DNA of 64,000 nucleotides, taken from Mobula hypostoma (Eukaryota). Location: contig NC_086108.1 in the NCBI RefSeq assembly GCF_963921235.1, forward strand, positions 3,472,001-3,536,000, written 5' to 3'. The notes beneath the pieces were generated by a model. The model saw only the letters and a program-made list of their open reading frames with translations, searched no databases and was not told where the DNA came from. Positions 24,985-38,089 of the stretch are shown piece by piece. The translations under genes and the position numbers were made by a program. The number at the start of each line of letters is the position of its first letter. Within the stretch, counting starts at the first letter, position 1.

Positions 24985-25241
24985 CAAACACGAGGAAATC
25001 TGCAGGTGCTGGAATTTCAAGCAACACACATCAAAGTTGCTGGTGAATGCAGCAGGCCAGGCAGCATCTCTAGGAAGAGGTACAGTCAATGTTTCGGGCT
25101 GAGACCCCACTTTCAAATCTCTTGCTAGCTCTTCTTTCAGTTAGTCCTGACGAAGGGTTTCGGCCCAAAACGTTGACTGTATCTCTTCCTAGAGATGCTG
25201 CCTGGCCTGCTGCGTTCACCAGCAACTTTCATGTGTGTTGC
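24985..25241. mobile_element. Fold-back Penelope-like insertion
   Basis: ~85-bp inverted arms 25022-25106 / 25155-25240; perfect 14-bp TSD atgaatttaaatct (24971-24984 / 25242-25255). Confidence 0.85.
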
Positions 25242-26119
25242 ATGAATTTAAATCTGTCTGTTCTTCATGCTTGGTTCATGGTTCTTAGGAACTCATTGTT
25301 CAGAGCTGCATTTTAGATTTAATCCATAATCCATATTTGAATCTGAAGGCTGGAGGCAATTAGCTATTTGCTGCATGTGCTAACCCTAAAAATCACTCTT
25401 ACAATGTCTATACTCAATCTTAAAGAGATGAGAGGAAGAAAATGATGAAGAGACCGGAAATCTTTTCCCTTTACTGAGGACAATGCTAAACAAAGGAATA
25501 CTGTTCTGTGATCTGGTGTTCAAATTTCAAGCAAATTAGGTACCAGATTTGGGGTGTGATATGTGCTTATGAAATAGCAGATGTGTAAAACTACTGTGGG
25601 CTGTGAATATGAAATCAAGGAAACTATTCAGAAAACTCACCAAACCAATAACATAGGGGCAGGTTGGCAACCTTGAGAAGGATGTTGGAAGGACAGTGCA
25701 AACTCACATCTGATTGGGAAGTCACTTCAAAGTTCAGAGTAAAATTTATTATCAGATTGCATACACGTTGCCACACACAACGCTGAGATTCTTTTTTTCT
25801 GAGGGCATACTTAACAAATGTAAACATAAATAGCAATAAATAAAGAGAGCATAAAATGACAAGATAAAATATCCTTAAAGCGAGTTCATCGGTTGTGGGA
25901 ACACCAGAAATTGAGTAGGTGTAGTTTTCCCTTGTTCAAGAGTCTGATGTTTGAGGGGTAGTAACTGTTCTTGAATCTGAGTGGTGCAATTCAGGGCTCT
26001 TAAGATGATGGATGCTCCTTTTCTAAGGCAACATTTCACGTAGATGTGCTCAATGCTTGGGAGTGCTTTACACGTGGTGCACTGGACCGAACCCACTACC
26101 TTTTTTGGATTTTCTGCTC

Positions 26120-29100
26120 ACACATGACTGTGGCTAGGCATAGGTCAAAAACAATCTACAAATTTGCTGACAATACAACCATTGTTGGTAGAATCTCAGG
26201 TGGTGACGAGAGGGCGAACAGGAGCGAGATATGCCAACTAGAAGAATGGTGCCACAGCAACAACCTGGCACTCAACGTCAGTAAGATGAAAGAGCTGAAT
26301 GTGGATTTCAGTAAGGGTAAGACAAAGGAGCACATACCAATCCTCATAGAGGGATCAGAAGTGGAGAGAGTGAGCAGTTTCAAGTTCCTCACTGTCAAGA
26401 TCTCTGAGGATCTAACCTGGTCCCAACATAACGATAGAACATAGAACAAAGAACAGTAGAACACAGTATAGGCCCTTCAGCCCACAATGTTGTGCCGACC
26501 CTTAAACCCTGTCTCCCATATAACCCCCCACCTTAAATTCCTCCATATACCTGTCTAGTAGTCTCTTAAATTTCACTAGTGTATCTGCCTCCACCACTGA
26601 CTCAAACAATGCATTCCACACACCAACCACTCTCTGAGTTAAAAACCTTCCTCTAATATCCCCCTTGAACTTCCCACCCCTTACCTTAAACCCATGTCCT
26701 CTTGTATTGAACAGTGGTGCCCTGGGGAAGAGGCGCTGGCTGTCCACTCTATCTATTCCTCTTATTATCTTGTACACCTCTATCATGTCTCCTCTCATCC
26801 TCCTTCTCTCCAGAGTGTAAAGTCCTAGCTCCCTCAATCTCTGATCATAATGCATACTCTCCAAACCAGGCAGCATCCTGGTAAATCTCCTCTGTACCCT
26901 TTCCAATGCTTCCACATCCTTCCTATAGTGAGGCAACTAGAACTGGACACAGTACTCCAAGTGTGGCCTAACCAGAGTTTTATAGAGCTGCATCATTACC
27001 TCGCGACTCTTAAACTCTATCCCTCGGCTTATGAAAGCTAACACCCCATAAGCTTTCTTAACTACCCTATCTACCTGTGAGGCAACTTTCAGGGATCCGT
27101 GGACATGTACCCCCAGATCCCTCTGCTCCTCCACACTACCAAGTATTCTGCCATTTACTTTGTACTCTGCCTTGGAGTTTGTCCTTCCAAAGTGTACCAC
27201 CTCACACTTCTCCAGGTTGAACTCCATCTGCCACTTCTCAGTCCACTTCTGCATCCTATCAATGTCCTCTGCAATCTTCTACAATCCTCTACACTACCCA
27301 CAATACCACCAACCTTTGTGTTGTCTGCAAATTTGCCAACCCACCCTTCTACATCCAAGTCGTTAATAAATATCACGAAAATATCACGAGGTCCCAGAAC
27401 TGATCCTTGTGGGACACCACAACCCTCCAATCTGAATGCACTCCCTCCACCACGACCCTCAGCTTTCTGCAGGCAAGCCAATTCTGAATCCACCTGGCCA
27501 AACTTCCCTGGATCCCATGCCTTCTGACTTTCTGAATAAGCCTACCATTGTGGAATCTTGTCAAATGCCTTACTAAAATTCATGTAGATCACATCCACTG
27601 CACTACCCTCATCTATATGCCTGGTCACCTCCTCAAAGAACTCTATCAGGCTTGTTAGACATGATCTGCCCTTCACAAAGCCATGCTGACTGTCCCTGAT
27701 CAGACCATGATTCTCTAAGTGCCCATAGATCCTATCTCTAAGAATCTTTTCCAACAGCTTTCCCACCACAGACGTAAGGCTCACTGGTCTATAATTACCC
27801 AGACTATCCCTACTACCTTTTTTTGAACAAGGGGACAACACTCGCCTCCTTCTAGTCCTCTGGTACCATTCCCGTGGACAACAAGAACATAAAGATCCTA
27901 GCCAGAGGCTCAGCAATCTCTCCCCTCGCCTCGTGGAACAGCCTGGGGAATATTCCGTCAGGCCCCAGGGACTTATCCATCCTAATGTATTTTAACAACT
28001 CCAACACTTCCTCTCCCTTAATATCAACATGCTCCAGAACATTAACCTCACTCATACAGTCCTCACCGTCATCAAGTTCCCTCTCACTGGTGAATACTGA
28101 AGAGAAGTATTCATTGAGGACCTCGCTCACTTCCACGGCCTCCAGGCACATCTTCCCACCTTTATCTCTAATCGGTCCTATCTTCACTCCTGTCATCCTT
28201 TTGTTCTTCACATAATTGAAGAATGCCTTGGGGTTTTTCTTTACCCTACTTGCCAAGGCCTTCTCATGCCCCCTTCTTGCTCTCCTCAACTCCTTCTTAA
28301 GCTCCTTTATTGCTGCCCTATATTCCTCAATAGACCCATCTGATCCTTGTTTCCTAAACCTCATGTATGCTGCCTTCTTCTACCTGACTAAATTCTTCAC
28401 CTCACTTGTCACCCATAGTTCCTTCACCTTACCATTCTTTATCTTCCTCACCGGGACAAATTTATCCCTAACATCCTGCAAGAGATCTCTAAACATGGAC
28501 CACATGTCCATAGTACATTTCCCTGCAAAAACATCATCCCAATTCACACCCACAAGTTCTAGCCTCATAGCTCATAATTTGCCCTTCCCCAATTAAAAAT
28601 TTTCCTGTCCTTTCTGATTCTATTCTTTTCCATGATAATGTTAAAGGCCAGGGAGCAGTGATCACTGTCCCCTAGATGCTCACCCACTGAGAGATCTGTG
28701 ACCTGACCTGGTTCGTTACCTAATATTTGATCTAGTATTGTATTCCCCCAGTTGGCCTGTCAACATACTGTGACAGGAATCTGTCCTGGACACACTTAAC
28801 AAACTCTGCTCCGCCTAAACCATTGGAACTAATCAGGTGCCAGTCAATATTAGGGAAGTTAAAGTCACCCATGAATAACAACCCTGTTATTTTGGCACCT
28901 TTCCAAAATCTGCCTCCCAATCTGCTCCTCGGTAACTCTGCTGCTACCAGGGGGCCTATAGAATACTCCCAGTAGAGTAACTGCTCCCTTTCTGTTCCTG
29001 ACTTCTACCCATACTGACTCAAAAGAAGATCCTGCTACATGAACCACCCTTTCTGTAGCTGTAATAATATCCGTGACTAGTAACGCCACCCCTCCTCCCC

Positions 29101-30330
29101 TCCCCCCCCCATCCCTTTTAAAGCACTGAAATCCAGGAATATTGAGAATCCATTCCTGCCCTGGTGCCAGCTAAGTCTCTGTAATGGCCACTACATCATA
29201 ATTCCATGTATGTATCCAAGCTCACAGTTCATCACCTTTGTCCTGATGCTTCTTGCATTAAAGTACACACATTTTAGCCCTTCTACCTTACTGTCTTTAC
29301 ACCCTTTATTCTGCTTCTCTTTCCTCAAAGCCTCTTCATATTTTAGGTCTAGCTTTACTCCATGCACTATACTTTTAGTTCTCGCATGACCTTCATCCTC
29401 CTCCACCTCACTATCTGCTCTAACACTCTGGTTCCCCTCCCCCTGCAAATTAGTTTAAACCCCCCCCCCCCCCGAGCAGCACTCCCCACAAGGATGTTAG
29501 TCCCCCTCCAGTTCAGGTGCAACCCGTCCCGTTGGAACAGGTCCCACCTTCCCTGGAAGAAGCCCCAATTGTCCAGAAACATGAAGCCCTCCCTCCTGCA
29601 CCAACTCCTTAGCCACGTATTCAGCTGCATTATCTTCCTATTTCTAGCCTCACTAGCACGTGGCACGGGTAGCAGTCCTGAGATTGCAACCCTGGAGGTT
29701 GTAGTCATAAAGAAGACAAGATAGCAGCTATACTTTATTAGGAGTTTGAAGAGATTTGGCATGTCAACAAATACACTCAAAAAGTTCTATAGTTGAACCG
29801 TGGAGAGCATTCTGACATTCTGAGCATTCTCACTGTCTGGTATGGAAGGGCTACTTGCACAGGACCGAAAGAAGCTGCAGAGGGTTTGTAAATTTAGTTG
29901 ACTGCATATTGGTACTAGCCTACAAAGTACCCAGGATATCTTCAAGGAGCTGAATCACAGAAAGGCAGCATCCGTTATTAAGGACCTCCAGCACCTAGGG
30001 CATGCCCTTTTCTCACTGTTACCATCAGGTAGGAGGTACAGAAGCCTGAAGGCACACACTCAGCAATTCAGGAACAGCTTCTTCCCCTCTGTCACCCGAT
30101 TCCTAAATGGACATAGAAGTTTTGAACATTACCTCACTTTTTTTAATATACAGTATTTCTGTTTTTGCACATTTTAAAAAATCTATTCAATATACATAAC
30201 TGATTTACTTATTTATTTAGTATTATTTTTTCTCTCTCTCTCTGCTAGATTATGTACTGCATTGAACTGCTACTGCTAAGTTAACAAATTTCATGTCACA
30301 TGCTGGTGATAATAATAAACCTGATTGTGA
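26120..30330 (+). mobile_element. Rex1/Babar LINE split by a CR1 insertion
   Basis: IYKFADNTTIVG..LALNVSKMKEL..FKFLTVKISEDLTWSQH up to ~26435, resuming gtagtcataaagaag.. at 29701; aataaacctgatt tail. Confidence 0.8.
26436..29700 (-). mobile_element. CR1 LINE, nearly complete but frameshifted ORF2 plus 3' part of ORF1
   Basis: Esterase (DGLHLN), APE (YFNARS, GDFNFP), RT (NYRPVSLTS, QHGF, GVPQGSVLGP, KFADNTK), C-terminus RPHLEYCVQF..RGDMIEVYK; (ttctatg)n-like tail. Confidence 0.92.
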
Positions 30331-30910
30331 AGGCAGCTGTGTTCCCATACCAGGCCATAAAGCAGCCAGTCAGCACACTTTCTACCACACATCTATAGAA
30401 GCTTGCTATGGTTTTTGATGACATGCCCAATCTCCACAGACTCCTGAGGAGGTAGAGGCACTGACGTGCTTTCTTTGCAAATATATTTATATGAGCAGCC
30501 CAGGCCAGGTCCTCTAAGATAGGCATCCACCCTCTCAGCCTCTTATTCTCCAATGAGTACTGGCTCACGAACATCTGGTTTCCCTCTCCTGAAGTCTGCA
30601 ATCTGTTCCTTGGTCTTATTGACACCTGAGTGAGTGGTTGTAGTTGTGGCCACCACTCAACTAAACTTTCAATCACCATTCTGAATGCTGATTTATCACC
30701 ATCTTTACAACAGCCCACCAGAGTGGTGTCATCAGCAAGCTCGTATGTGGCGCAGGAGCTGTACTTAGCCTCACAGTCATAGGCGTAAAGTGAGTGGAGC
30801 AGTCAGCAAAGTACACTTCCCTGTGGTGCTCCTGTGCTGATGGAGATTGTAGAAGAGATGCTTTTGCCAATCTGAACTCATTGGAGTCTGTAAGTGAGGA
30901 AATCCAGGAG
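30330..30910 (-). mobile_element. Rex1/Babar RT fragment
   Basis: PQG..ADDTT; KKARQCLYLLRSL..FYRCVVESVLTGC..WYG. Confidence 0.75.
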
Positions 30911-31829
30911 GTATCACTTGGAGGCTATGACAGTAAAGTTTTTAAATGCCCAGTGAGATGCAGTTGTTAGAGCAGAAATGACAAGAACCTTACTTAGTAT
31001 TCAAGTTCCCAGCTATGCCATGTGATGTGTGTCTCTGTTTAAATGTGCAATTTATACTAATTTATAATAAATAGTATATATAACAGGGCAGTCAATATAA
31101 CATAGAAATACAATTGTGTCAGCATGAATTAATCAATCTGATGGCCTGGATGGAAGAAGCTGTCCTGGAGCCTGTTGGTCCTGGCTTTTATGCTGCTGCA
31201 CTGTTCCCAGATGGTAGGAGCTGGAAAAGTTCATGGCTGGGGTGACTCAGGTCCTCAATGATCACTGACCTTCAAGAGTCACAAAAGGGTGAATGGATTC
31301 AACACTACTTATGTCTCGTCTTCATCGTTAACCATCAATCGTTGTCCTTTCTGCACTTGGTAAATTTCATCAGTCAGTTATGAAACAATAAACACAAGAG
31401 ATTCTGCAAATGCAATGTGACACACAAAAATTGAAAACACAAGCACAAAATGCTGAAGGAACTCAGCAGATCAGCCCTGATGGCCTGAGTCAGACTGTGG
31501 TCAGGCATGGCAGGGAGAGTTTTTCTTCCTTCTCCCGCCTGCGTGAGATGTGGGATATTTGAGAGAATTTGAACTTTACTGTGCTCATGGACTGTTCTTC
31601 ATCAAGTTATGGTATTGTTGCACTGTTGTAACTATATGTTATAATTATGCAGATTTGTTAGCTTTTTCCAGTCTTGGTCTGCCCTGTGTTTCGTGGTATC
31701 ACACCGGAGGAAATATTGTATCATTTCTTAATGCATGCATTACTAAATGACAATAAAAGAGGACTGCATGTCTTCATAATCTAATCTAAACTTCGACTTT
31801 TTAATCGTTTCCATAGAATCCTTTTGAAC

Positions 31830-33530
31830 GAGGTTGTTGGTAACTCTGGCAGGGTTTGCAAGACATTACTTCCTACAAAGTGAAACCCAATAGCATGAGT
31901 GGCAGTGATGCTTCACTACCAGATGAACTCAACGCCTTCTATGCCCACTTTGAAAGGGAGAATATAACTACAGCTGTGAAGATCCCTGCTGCACCTGATG
32001 ATCCTGTGATCTCTGTCTCAGAGGTCGAGGTAAGGCTGTCTTTAAAGAGATTGAACCTTCGCAAGGCGGAAGGTCCCGATGGAGTACTTGGTCTGAAAAC
32101 CTGTATTCAAAGATATTTTCAACCTCTCACTGTTACGGGCGGAAGTTCCCACTTGCTTCAAAAAGGCAACAATTATATCAGTGCCTAAGGAGAATAATGT
32201 GAGCTGCCTTAATGACTATCACATGGCAGCACTCACATCTACAGTGACCTCTACAGAGGCTGGTTGTGACTAGACTGAACTCCTGCCTCAGCAAGGACCT
32301 AGGTCCACTGCAATTTGCCTATCACCACAATAGGTCAATGACAGATGCAATCTCAATGGCTCCTCACGCAGCTTTAGACCACCAGGACAACACAAACACC
32401 TATGTGCTGTTCATCAACTATAGCTCAGCATTTAATACCATCATTCCCGCAATCCTGATTAAGAAGTTGCAGAACCTGGGCCTCTGTACCTCCCTCTGCA
32501 ATTGGACCTTCGACTTCCTAACCAGAAGACCACAATCTGTGTGGATTGATGATAACATCCCCTCCTCCTTGACAATCAAAACTGGTGCACCTTGGGGTCT
32601 GTGCTTAGCCCACTGCTCTACTCTCTATATACCCATGACTGTGTGGCTAGGCATAGCTCAAATACCATCTATAAATTTGATTGTTGGTAGAATCAAAGAG
32701 GGTCTGCACCAGTGAGATATGCCAACGAGTGGAGTAGTGTTGCAGCAACAACTTGGCACTCAATGTCAGTAAGACGAAGGAACACACACCAATCCTCATA
32801 GAGGGATCAGAAGTGGAGAGAGTGAGCAGTTTCAAGTTCCTCACTGTCAAGATCTCTGAGGATCTAACCTGGTCCCAACATATAGATGCAGTTATAAAGA
32901 AGGCAAGACAGTGGCTATACTTCCATTAAGAGTTTGAAGAAATTTGGTTACGTTGACAAATACTTAAAAACTTCTATAGATGTACCATGGACAGCATTCT
33001 GACAGGCTGCATCACTGTCTGGTATGGCGGGGGGGTGGGGGTGGGGAGCTACAGCACAGGACCGAAAGAAGCTGCAGAGGGTTGTAAATCTAGTCAGCTC
33101 CATCTTGGTACTAGCCTACAAAGTACCCAGGACATCTTCAAGGAGTGGTGTCTCAGAAAGGCAGTGTCTGTTACTAAGGACATCCAGGACCCAGGGCATG
33201 CTCTTTTCTCACTGTTACCATTAAGTAGGAGGTATAGAAGCCTGAAGGCACACACTCAGTGATTCAGGAACAGCTTTTTCCCCTCTTGTCACCCGATTCC
33301 TAAATGGACATAGAAGCTTTGGACATTACCTCATTTTTTAAAATATATATTATTTCTGTTTTTGCACGATGATTAATCTATTCAATATACATATACTTTA
33401 ATTGATTTACTTATTTATTATTATTACTTTGTGTTCTTTTTCTTCTATATAATGCATTGCATTGAACTGTTGCTGCTAAGTTAACAAATTTCACGTCACA
33501 CGCCGGTGATAATAAACCTGATTCTGATTC
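31830..33530 (+). mobile_element. Rex1/Babar LINE, 5'-truncated RT and 3' end
   Basis: LPDELNAFYAHFE, PLQFAY, SSAFNTIIP, SILTGCITVWYG, PGHALFSLLP; aataaa + (ctgatt)n tail. Confidence 0.88.
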
Positions 33531-34531
33531 TAAGATGCTGCCGACCTGCTGAGTTCCTTCATTATTTTAATTATGAAACAGTCTCTCCCACTACTTTCTC
33601 AATCACGATAAATACAATATTCAATCATGTTTGTTGTGGGGCAGAATAGATGGTGATGAGTTTAACAATTTAGCAAAATTCTGAACGCAGAAAATACACT
33701 AATGACTCATTATGTAGCCTATCCACCATTACCACCTGTTACTGTGTTTTCACTTCTGTCAACATTGCCCTAAGGCAGGCTTACTGACAAATGCTGAGAC
33801 ATGGAAGGTACTGGCTGGCTCAATATTTTAAGAAGTTATTCAAGAACAAGGACTAACAATGGAAACTCGTTGAGATTCAGAATGATTTCAGACACTGGCC
33901 CTCATTCAAGTTATTCTAACTTGGTATCAACATTAGGAGCATGGAATTTGCATGAAAGTATCGAGTGACTGCTTGAACAAAAAACATTAAACACTGGCAC
34001 ATGTCATTTCACATTTATTACTTTGCACAATGACTCAGATTTCCAAACCAGAATTGGGTACCTACATGAATTTTATCAAAATGTATTATTCAAATATTTA
34101 GTCTATATTGTAATACATTTCAATTCATACGTTAGAAAAACTCATCTCTGTAACAGGAGCATTATGGAATCAACATGTGGTATACTGTATAGGAAGGACG
34201 ACTCACAGTTGGAATCCACATCTCAACTGAAACATACAAATCTTACCAGCACGAATTATCTGTCCAAATGGGCTTGTTGAAGCAAAGTTCTTACACTGAT
34301 ACCCACAGATTGGAAGTCCAAAAGTAATCCTATTCATCTTGAGTCTTTCGAATACAGTTGAATATGGCAGTCAATTCACAGGACAGGGAGAAGGATCAAG
34401 GATTTGAATTTTTAAAAGATTATACTTGCTCCCAAATCTCTCCATAACAATTTTGCCCATATTTAATGGGAATTATGCATTAAATCATGCAATGCTGCAA
34501 CTGTAGCCTCCAGCCAGTGATACCACTACTA

Positions 34532-35776
34532 CAAACCCCATTTCCAGAAAAGTTGGGATATTTTCCAAAATGCAATAAAAACAAAAATCTGTGATGTTAA
34601 TTCACGTGAACCTTTACTTAACTGACAAAAGTACAAAGAAAACATTTTCGATAGTTTTACTGACCAACTTAATTGTATTTTGTAAACATACACAAATTTA
34701 GAATTTGACGGCTGCAACACACTCAGCAGAAGTTGGGACAGAGGCATGTTTACCATTGTGTTACATCACCTGTCCTTTTAATAACACTTTTTAATCGTTT
34801 TTGAACAGAGGATACTAATTGTAGTAGATTTACAATTGGAAATTTTGTCCACTCTTGCTTGATATAAGACTTCAGCTTCTCAACAGTCCATGGTCTCCGT
34901 TGTCTGATTCTCCTCTTCATGATGCGCCATACATTTTCAATAGGAGATAGATCTGGACTGGCAGCAGGCCAGTCAAGCATACGCACTCTGTGTCTACAAA
35001 GCCACGCTGTTGTAGCCTGTGCAGAATGTGGTCTGGCATTGTTCTGCTGAAATAAGCATGGATGTCCCGGCAAGAGACGTTACCTTGATGGCAACATATG
35101 TCTCTCTAAAATCCTAATATACGCCTCAGAGTCAATGGTACCTTCACATACATGCAATTCACCCATGCCGTGGGCACTGATGCACCCCCATGCCATCACA
35201 GATGCTGGCTTTTGCACCTTTCGCTGATAACAATCTGGATGGTCATTTTCATCTTTGGCACGGAGAACTTGACGCCCGTGTTTTCCGAAAACTAGCTGAA
35301 ATGTGGACTCATCTGAGCACAGCACATGGTTCCACAGTCTTTCGGTCCATCTGAGATGAGCTCGGGCCCAGAGAACTCACTGGCGTTTCTGCATACAGTT
35401 GATGTATGGCTTCCTCCTTGCATAATACAGTTTCAAGTTGCATTTTTGGATGCAGCGACGGACTGTGTTGAGTGACAATGGTTTTCCAAAGTACTCCTGA
35501 GCCCAGGTGGCTATAATTATCACAGTAGCATGACTTTTCTGTGCACTTTTCAATCTTATTTTAACTCTGTCCCAACTTTTGTTGTGTGTTGCAGCCATCA
35601 AATTCTAAATTTGTGTATATTTACAAAATACAATTAAGTTGGTCAGTAAAACTATTGAAAATCTTTTCTTTGTACTTCTGTCAGTTAAATAAAGGTTCAC
35701 GTGAATTAACATATCACATATTTTTGTTTTTATTGCATTTTGGAAAATATCCCAACTTTTCTGGAAATGGGGTTTG
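34532..35776 (-). mobile_element. Tc1 (DD34E) transposon, internally deleted, ~210-bp TIRs
   Basis: TA TSD at 34530-34531 and 35777-35778; TIR caaaccccatttccagaaaagttgggata; transposase SDESTF..FQQ(N)NARPH..34 aa..SPDLSPIENVW with stops; N-terminal HTH missing. Confidence 0.93.
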
Positions 35777-36099
35777 TAGTTCATGTCATAACAGTCAAGT
35801 ATAGTGAATGGCTTTTCCCACTTTAAAAACTCTCCTGCACAGGTTTCCTGTCATCATCAGACACAAGGGACAACCACCGTACAGAGAAAGCTCCCGTTAT
35901 AGATGAGTTTATGACTTACAAGTTTAACATCAAAAATTGTGACGGGGGAAGAGAAGTGTGGTGGGAAAAATCAATGGGTCAACCTTGCCTGTGGAAAGTT
36001 TTAGTCTAAAGGTGAAAACAAAGGACCAAAAATAAACTGTGGGGTGCAGTGGTCAGTTGGAGTTTAAAGAAATAAATAAGCCAAAAGGCAAGGTGAGTC

Positions 36100-36650
36100 A
36101 ATGAGCTTCCCTAGCCGTGGGTGGCTCCCACTACCTACTAAGTGCTCCCAATGGAATGTGTCTCAGCCTCCAACAACCAAGTCTAGCTCCTGGCCTTCAC
36201 GTGTGGCTTAGCTACTAAACCTGGCAGAATAGTTTCTACTGACAGGAGAAGGGGGCAAATGCAGGTTAGTTCCGGCAGACGGGGCTCATCAGCCGTAGTT
36301 GGCAGCTCATCTAGGAGCAGGAAAACTCTGACCTCAAAGTTCTGCTGCCTTGTGCCTATACCCCCTCATGGGAAAGGTTTTGGGAGTAAATCAGTGAGAG
36401 AAAAATCCAGAGTTGGTGTCCTAAAGGCAGTCCTACATTGAGTTCCATGCTGACTGGCAGCTCCTGCAATGCCGCTGGTGCCATACTGTATTGGTCTCTG
36501 CTGTTTGTTTAGGTTCATCAGCTGTGTCGAGAGGAGGTGCTTTCTACACGGGTCTGCTCTCCATAATGTACTGCCTTGGCTTGCGAATCTTGACAGCTGG
36601 TACACAACACCCATGGTCGACCCTGACCAAAGGAGGCCTTATCATCAAAT
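36100..36650 (+). mobile_element. Probable RTE-type 5' region or related non-autonomous element
   Basis: gggctcatcagccgtagttggcagctcatctaggagcaggaaaactctg resembles RTE 5'-UTR leaders (recalled pattern); family not determined. Confidence 0.4.
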
Positions 36651-37130
36651 GTGAAATTGACTAAGTTGTGATTAAAGAAAAGGTTGATTTAGAAGTTCAC
36701 TAATAAAAACAAGGATAGAACTTCAAAGAATCAGTATAGGTAAAAATTTCCCAAGAGATGGCCACAAAGATAAACTATTTAATTAGGTGATGAATACAAA
36801 ATAATGAGGATGGAAACCTAATTGGATATTATGTTGGTAAAGCTGGCAAAGTCAGTGCAAGGAAACAGCTTTTCTAGGTGATTAATATATTAATAGGGAC
36901 TCAAAAAATTGGAAGTAGCTTAATATTGGTAAAGTGATTTAGAAGCAAAATCAACTTTACTGGAAGATAATTAAAAAATTTAAAAGTAGGTCAATATAGG
37001 TAAAACTTATCAACATGCATTCAGAAAGGGAAATCAGCATACCAGGTCTATTAAGACAACAAATATTTGAATTAACCTCAATATTTTTAAAACTTAACTT
37101 GCATTCAGGGAGAAATCAGCATTACCAGGA

Positions 37131-37650
37131 TTAGAGTATTGAGAGCAGTTTTGGGCCTCTCATCTTAGAAAGGACATTCTGAAACCGGAAAGGTTTCAAA
37201 GGAGCTTCACAAAAATGATTCCAGGATTGAAAGGCTGTGGAGCGTTTGATGGCTTTGGGCCTGTACTCACAGGAATTCAGAAGAATGGGGCGGGGGCGGG
37301 GAAGAACCGACCTCATTGAAACCTATTGAATGTTGGAAGGCTTGGACAGAGTGGATGTGGAAAGGATGTGTCCTATGGTGGGAGAATCCAAGACCAGAGG
37401 AGGCAGCCTCAGAATAGAGGGACATCCATTTAAAACAGAGATACAGTGGAATTTCTTTAGCCAGAGTAGTGAATCTGTGGAATTTGTTGCCACAGGTTGC
37501 TCTGGAGGTCAAGTCATTGAGTATATTTGAGGCAGAGGTTGATACATCCTTGATTGTTCAGAGCATGAAAGGATATGGGGCAAAGGTAGGAGATTGGGGC
37601 TGAGAAAAAAAAGTATCACGATGAAATGGCCTAATTCTGCTCCTATAATC
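37131..37650 (+). mobile_element. CR1 LINE 3' fragment
   Basis: LEY.EQFW.PHLRKD..GLDRVDVERM.P.VGESKTRG; ggcctaattctgctcct tail. Confidence 0.8.
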
Positions 37651-37744
37651 TTATAGTTTAAGACTCAAAAAGTAGCTCAATATAGTTAAAACTTACCAAC
37701 TTACATCCAGAAAATCAACTAATTTAGGAAATGAACAGGGTGGG

Positions 37745-38010
37745 TAAGGGTAAAATGACCCAACTTTGGTAGGGTTGGTGAAGAGGAGAAACTGGAGGTG
37801 TTTGCAAAGGGGAAGGTTAAAGTGAACAAACTTTCTAACAGTTGATGTAAAGAGAAGAAACTGAAGGTGTTTGAGGAGTGGAGGGTTAAAAAGAACCAAT
37901 TTGGTAGAATTGGTGTAAGGATAAACTGGAGGTGTTTGAGGAGCTGGAGGGTTAAAATGGCCCAACTTTAGTGGAGGAGAAACTGGAGGTGTTTGAAGAG
38001 TGAAAAGATA
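37745..38010. repeat. Degenerate minisatellite, ~4 units of 57-69 bp
   Basis: aaactgRaggtgtttg recurs at ~37789, 37858, 37923 and 37980, each with a gggttaaaatgRcccaacttt-like segment. Confidence 0.75.
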
Positions 38011-38089
38011 AATAAAACGTGAAGAAGATGGAAAAAGGCAGGGAATGTCAGTGGAGACGGGGGTAGAGTGGTCAAGTTGGCCAAGTTTG

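Noticed and set aside
34207..34330. Two further minus-strand exon candidates (34226-34207 and ~34330-34247)
   Set aside because: Mutually incompatible (20-nt gap) and without homology support.
37745..38010. CRISPR-like repeat-spacer array
   Set aside because: Eukaryotic context; the 'spacers' are homologous to each other and no cas genes are present, so it is a minisatellite.
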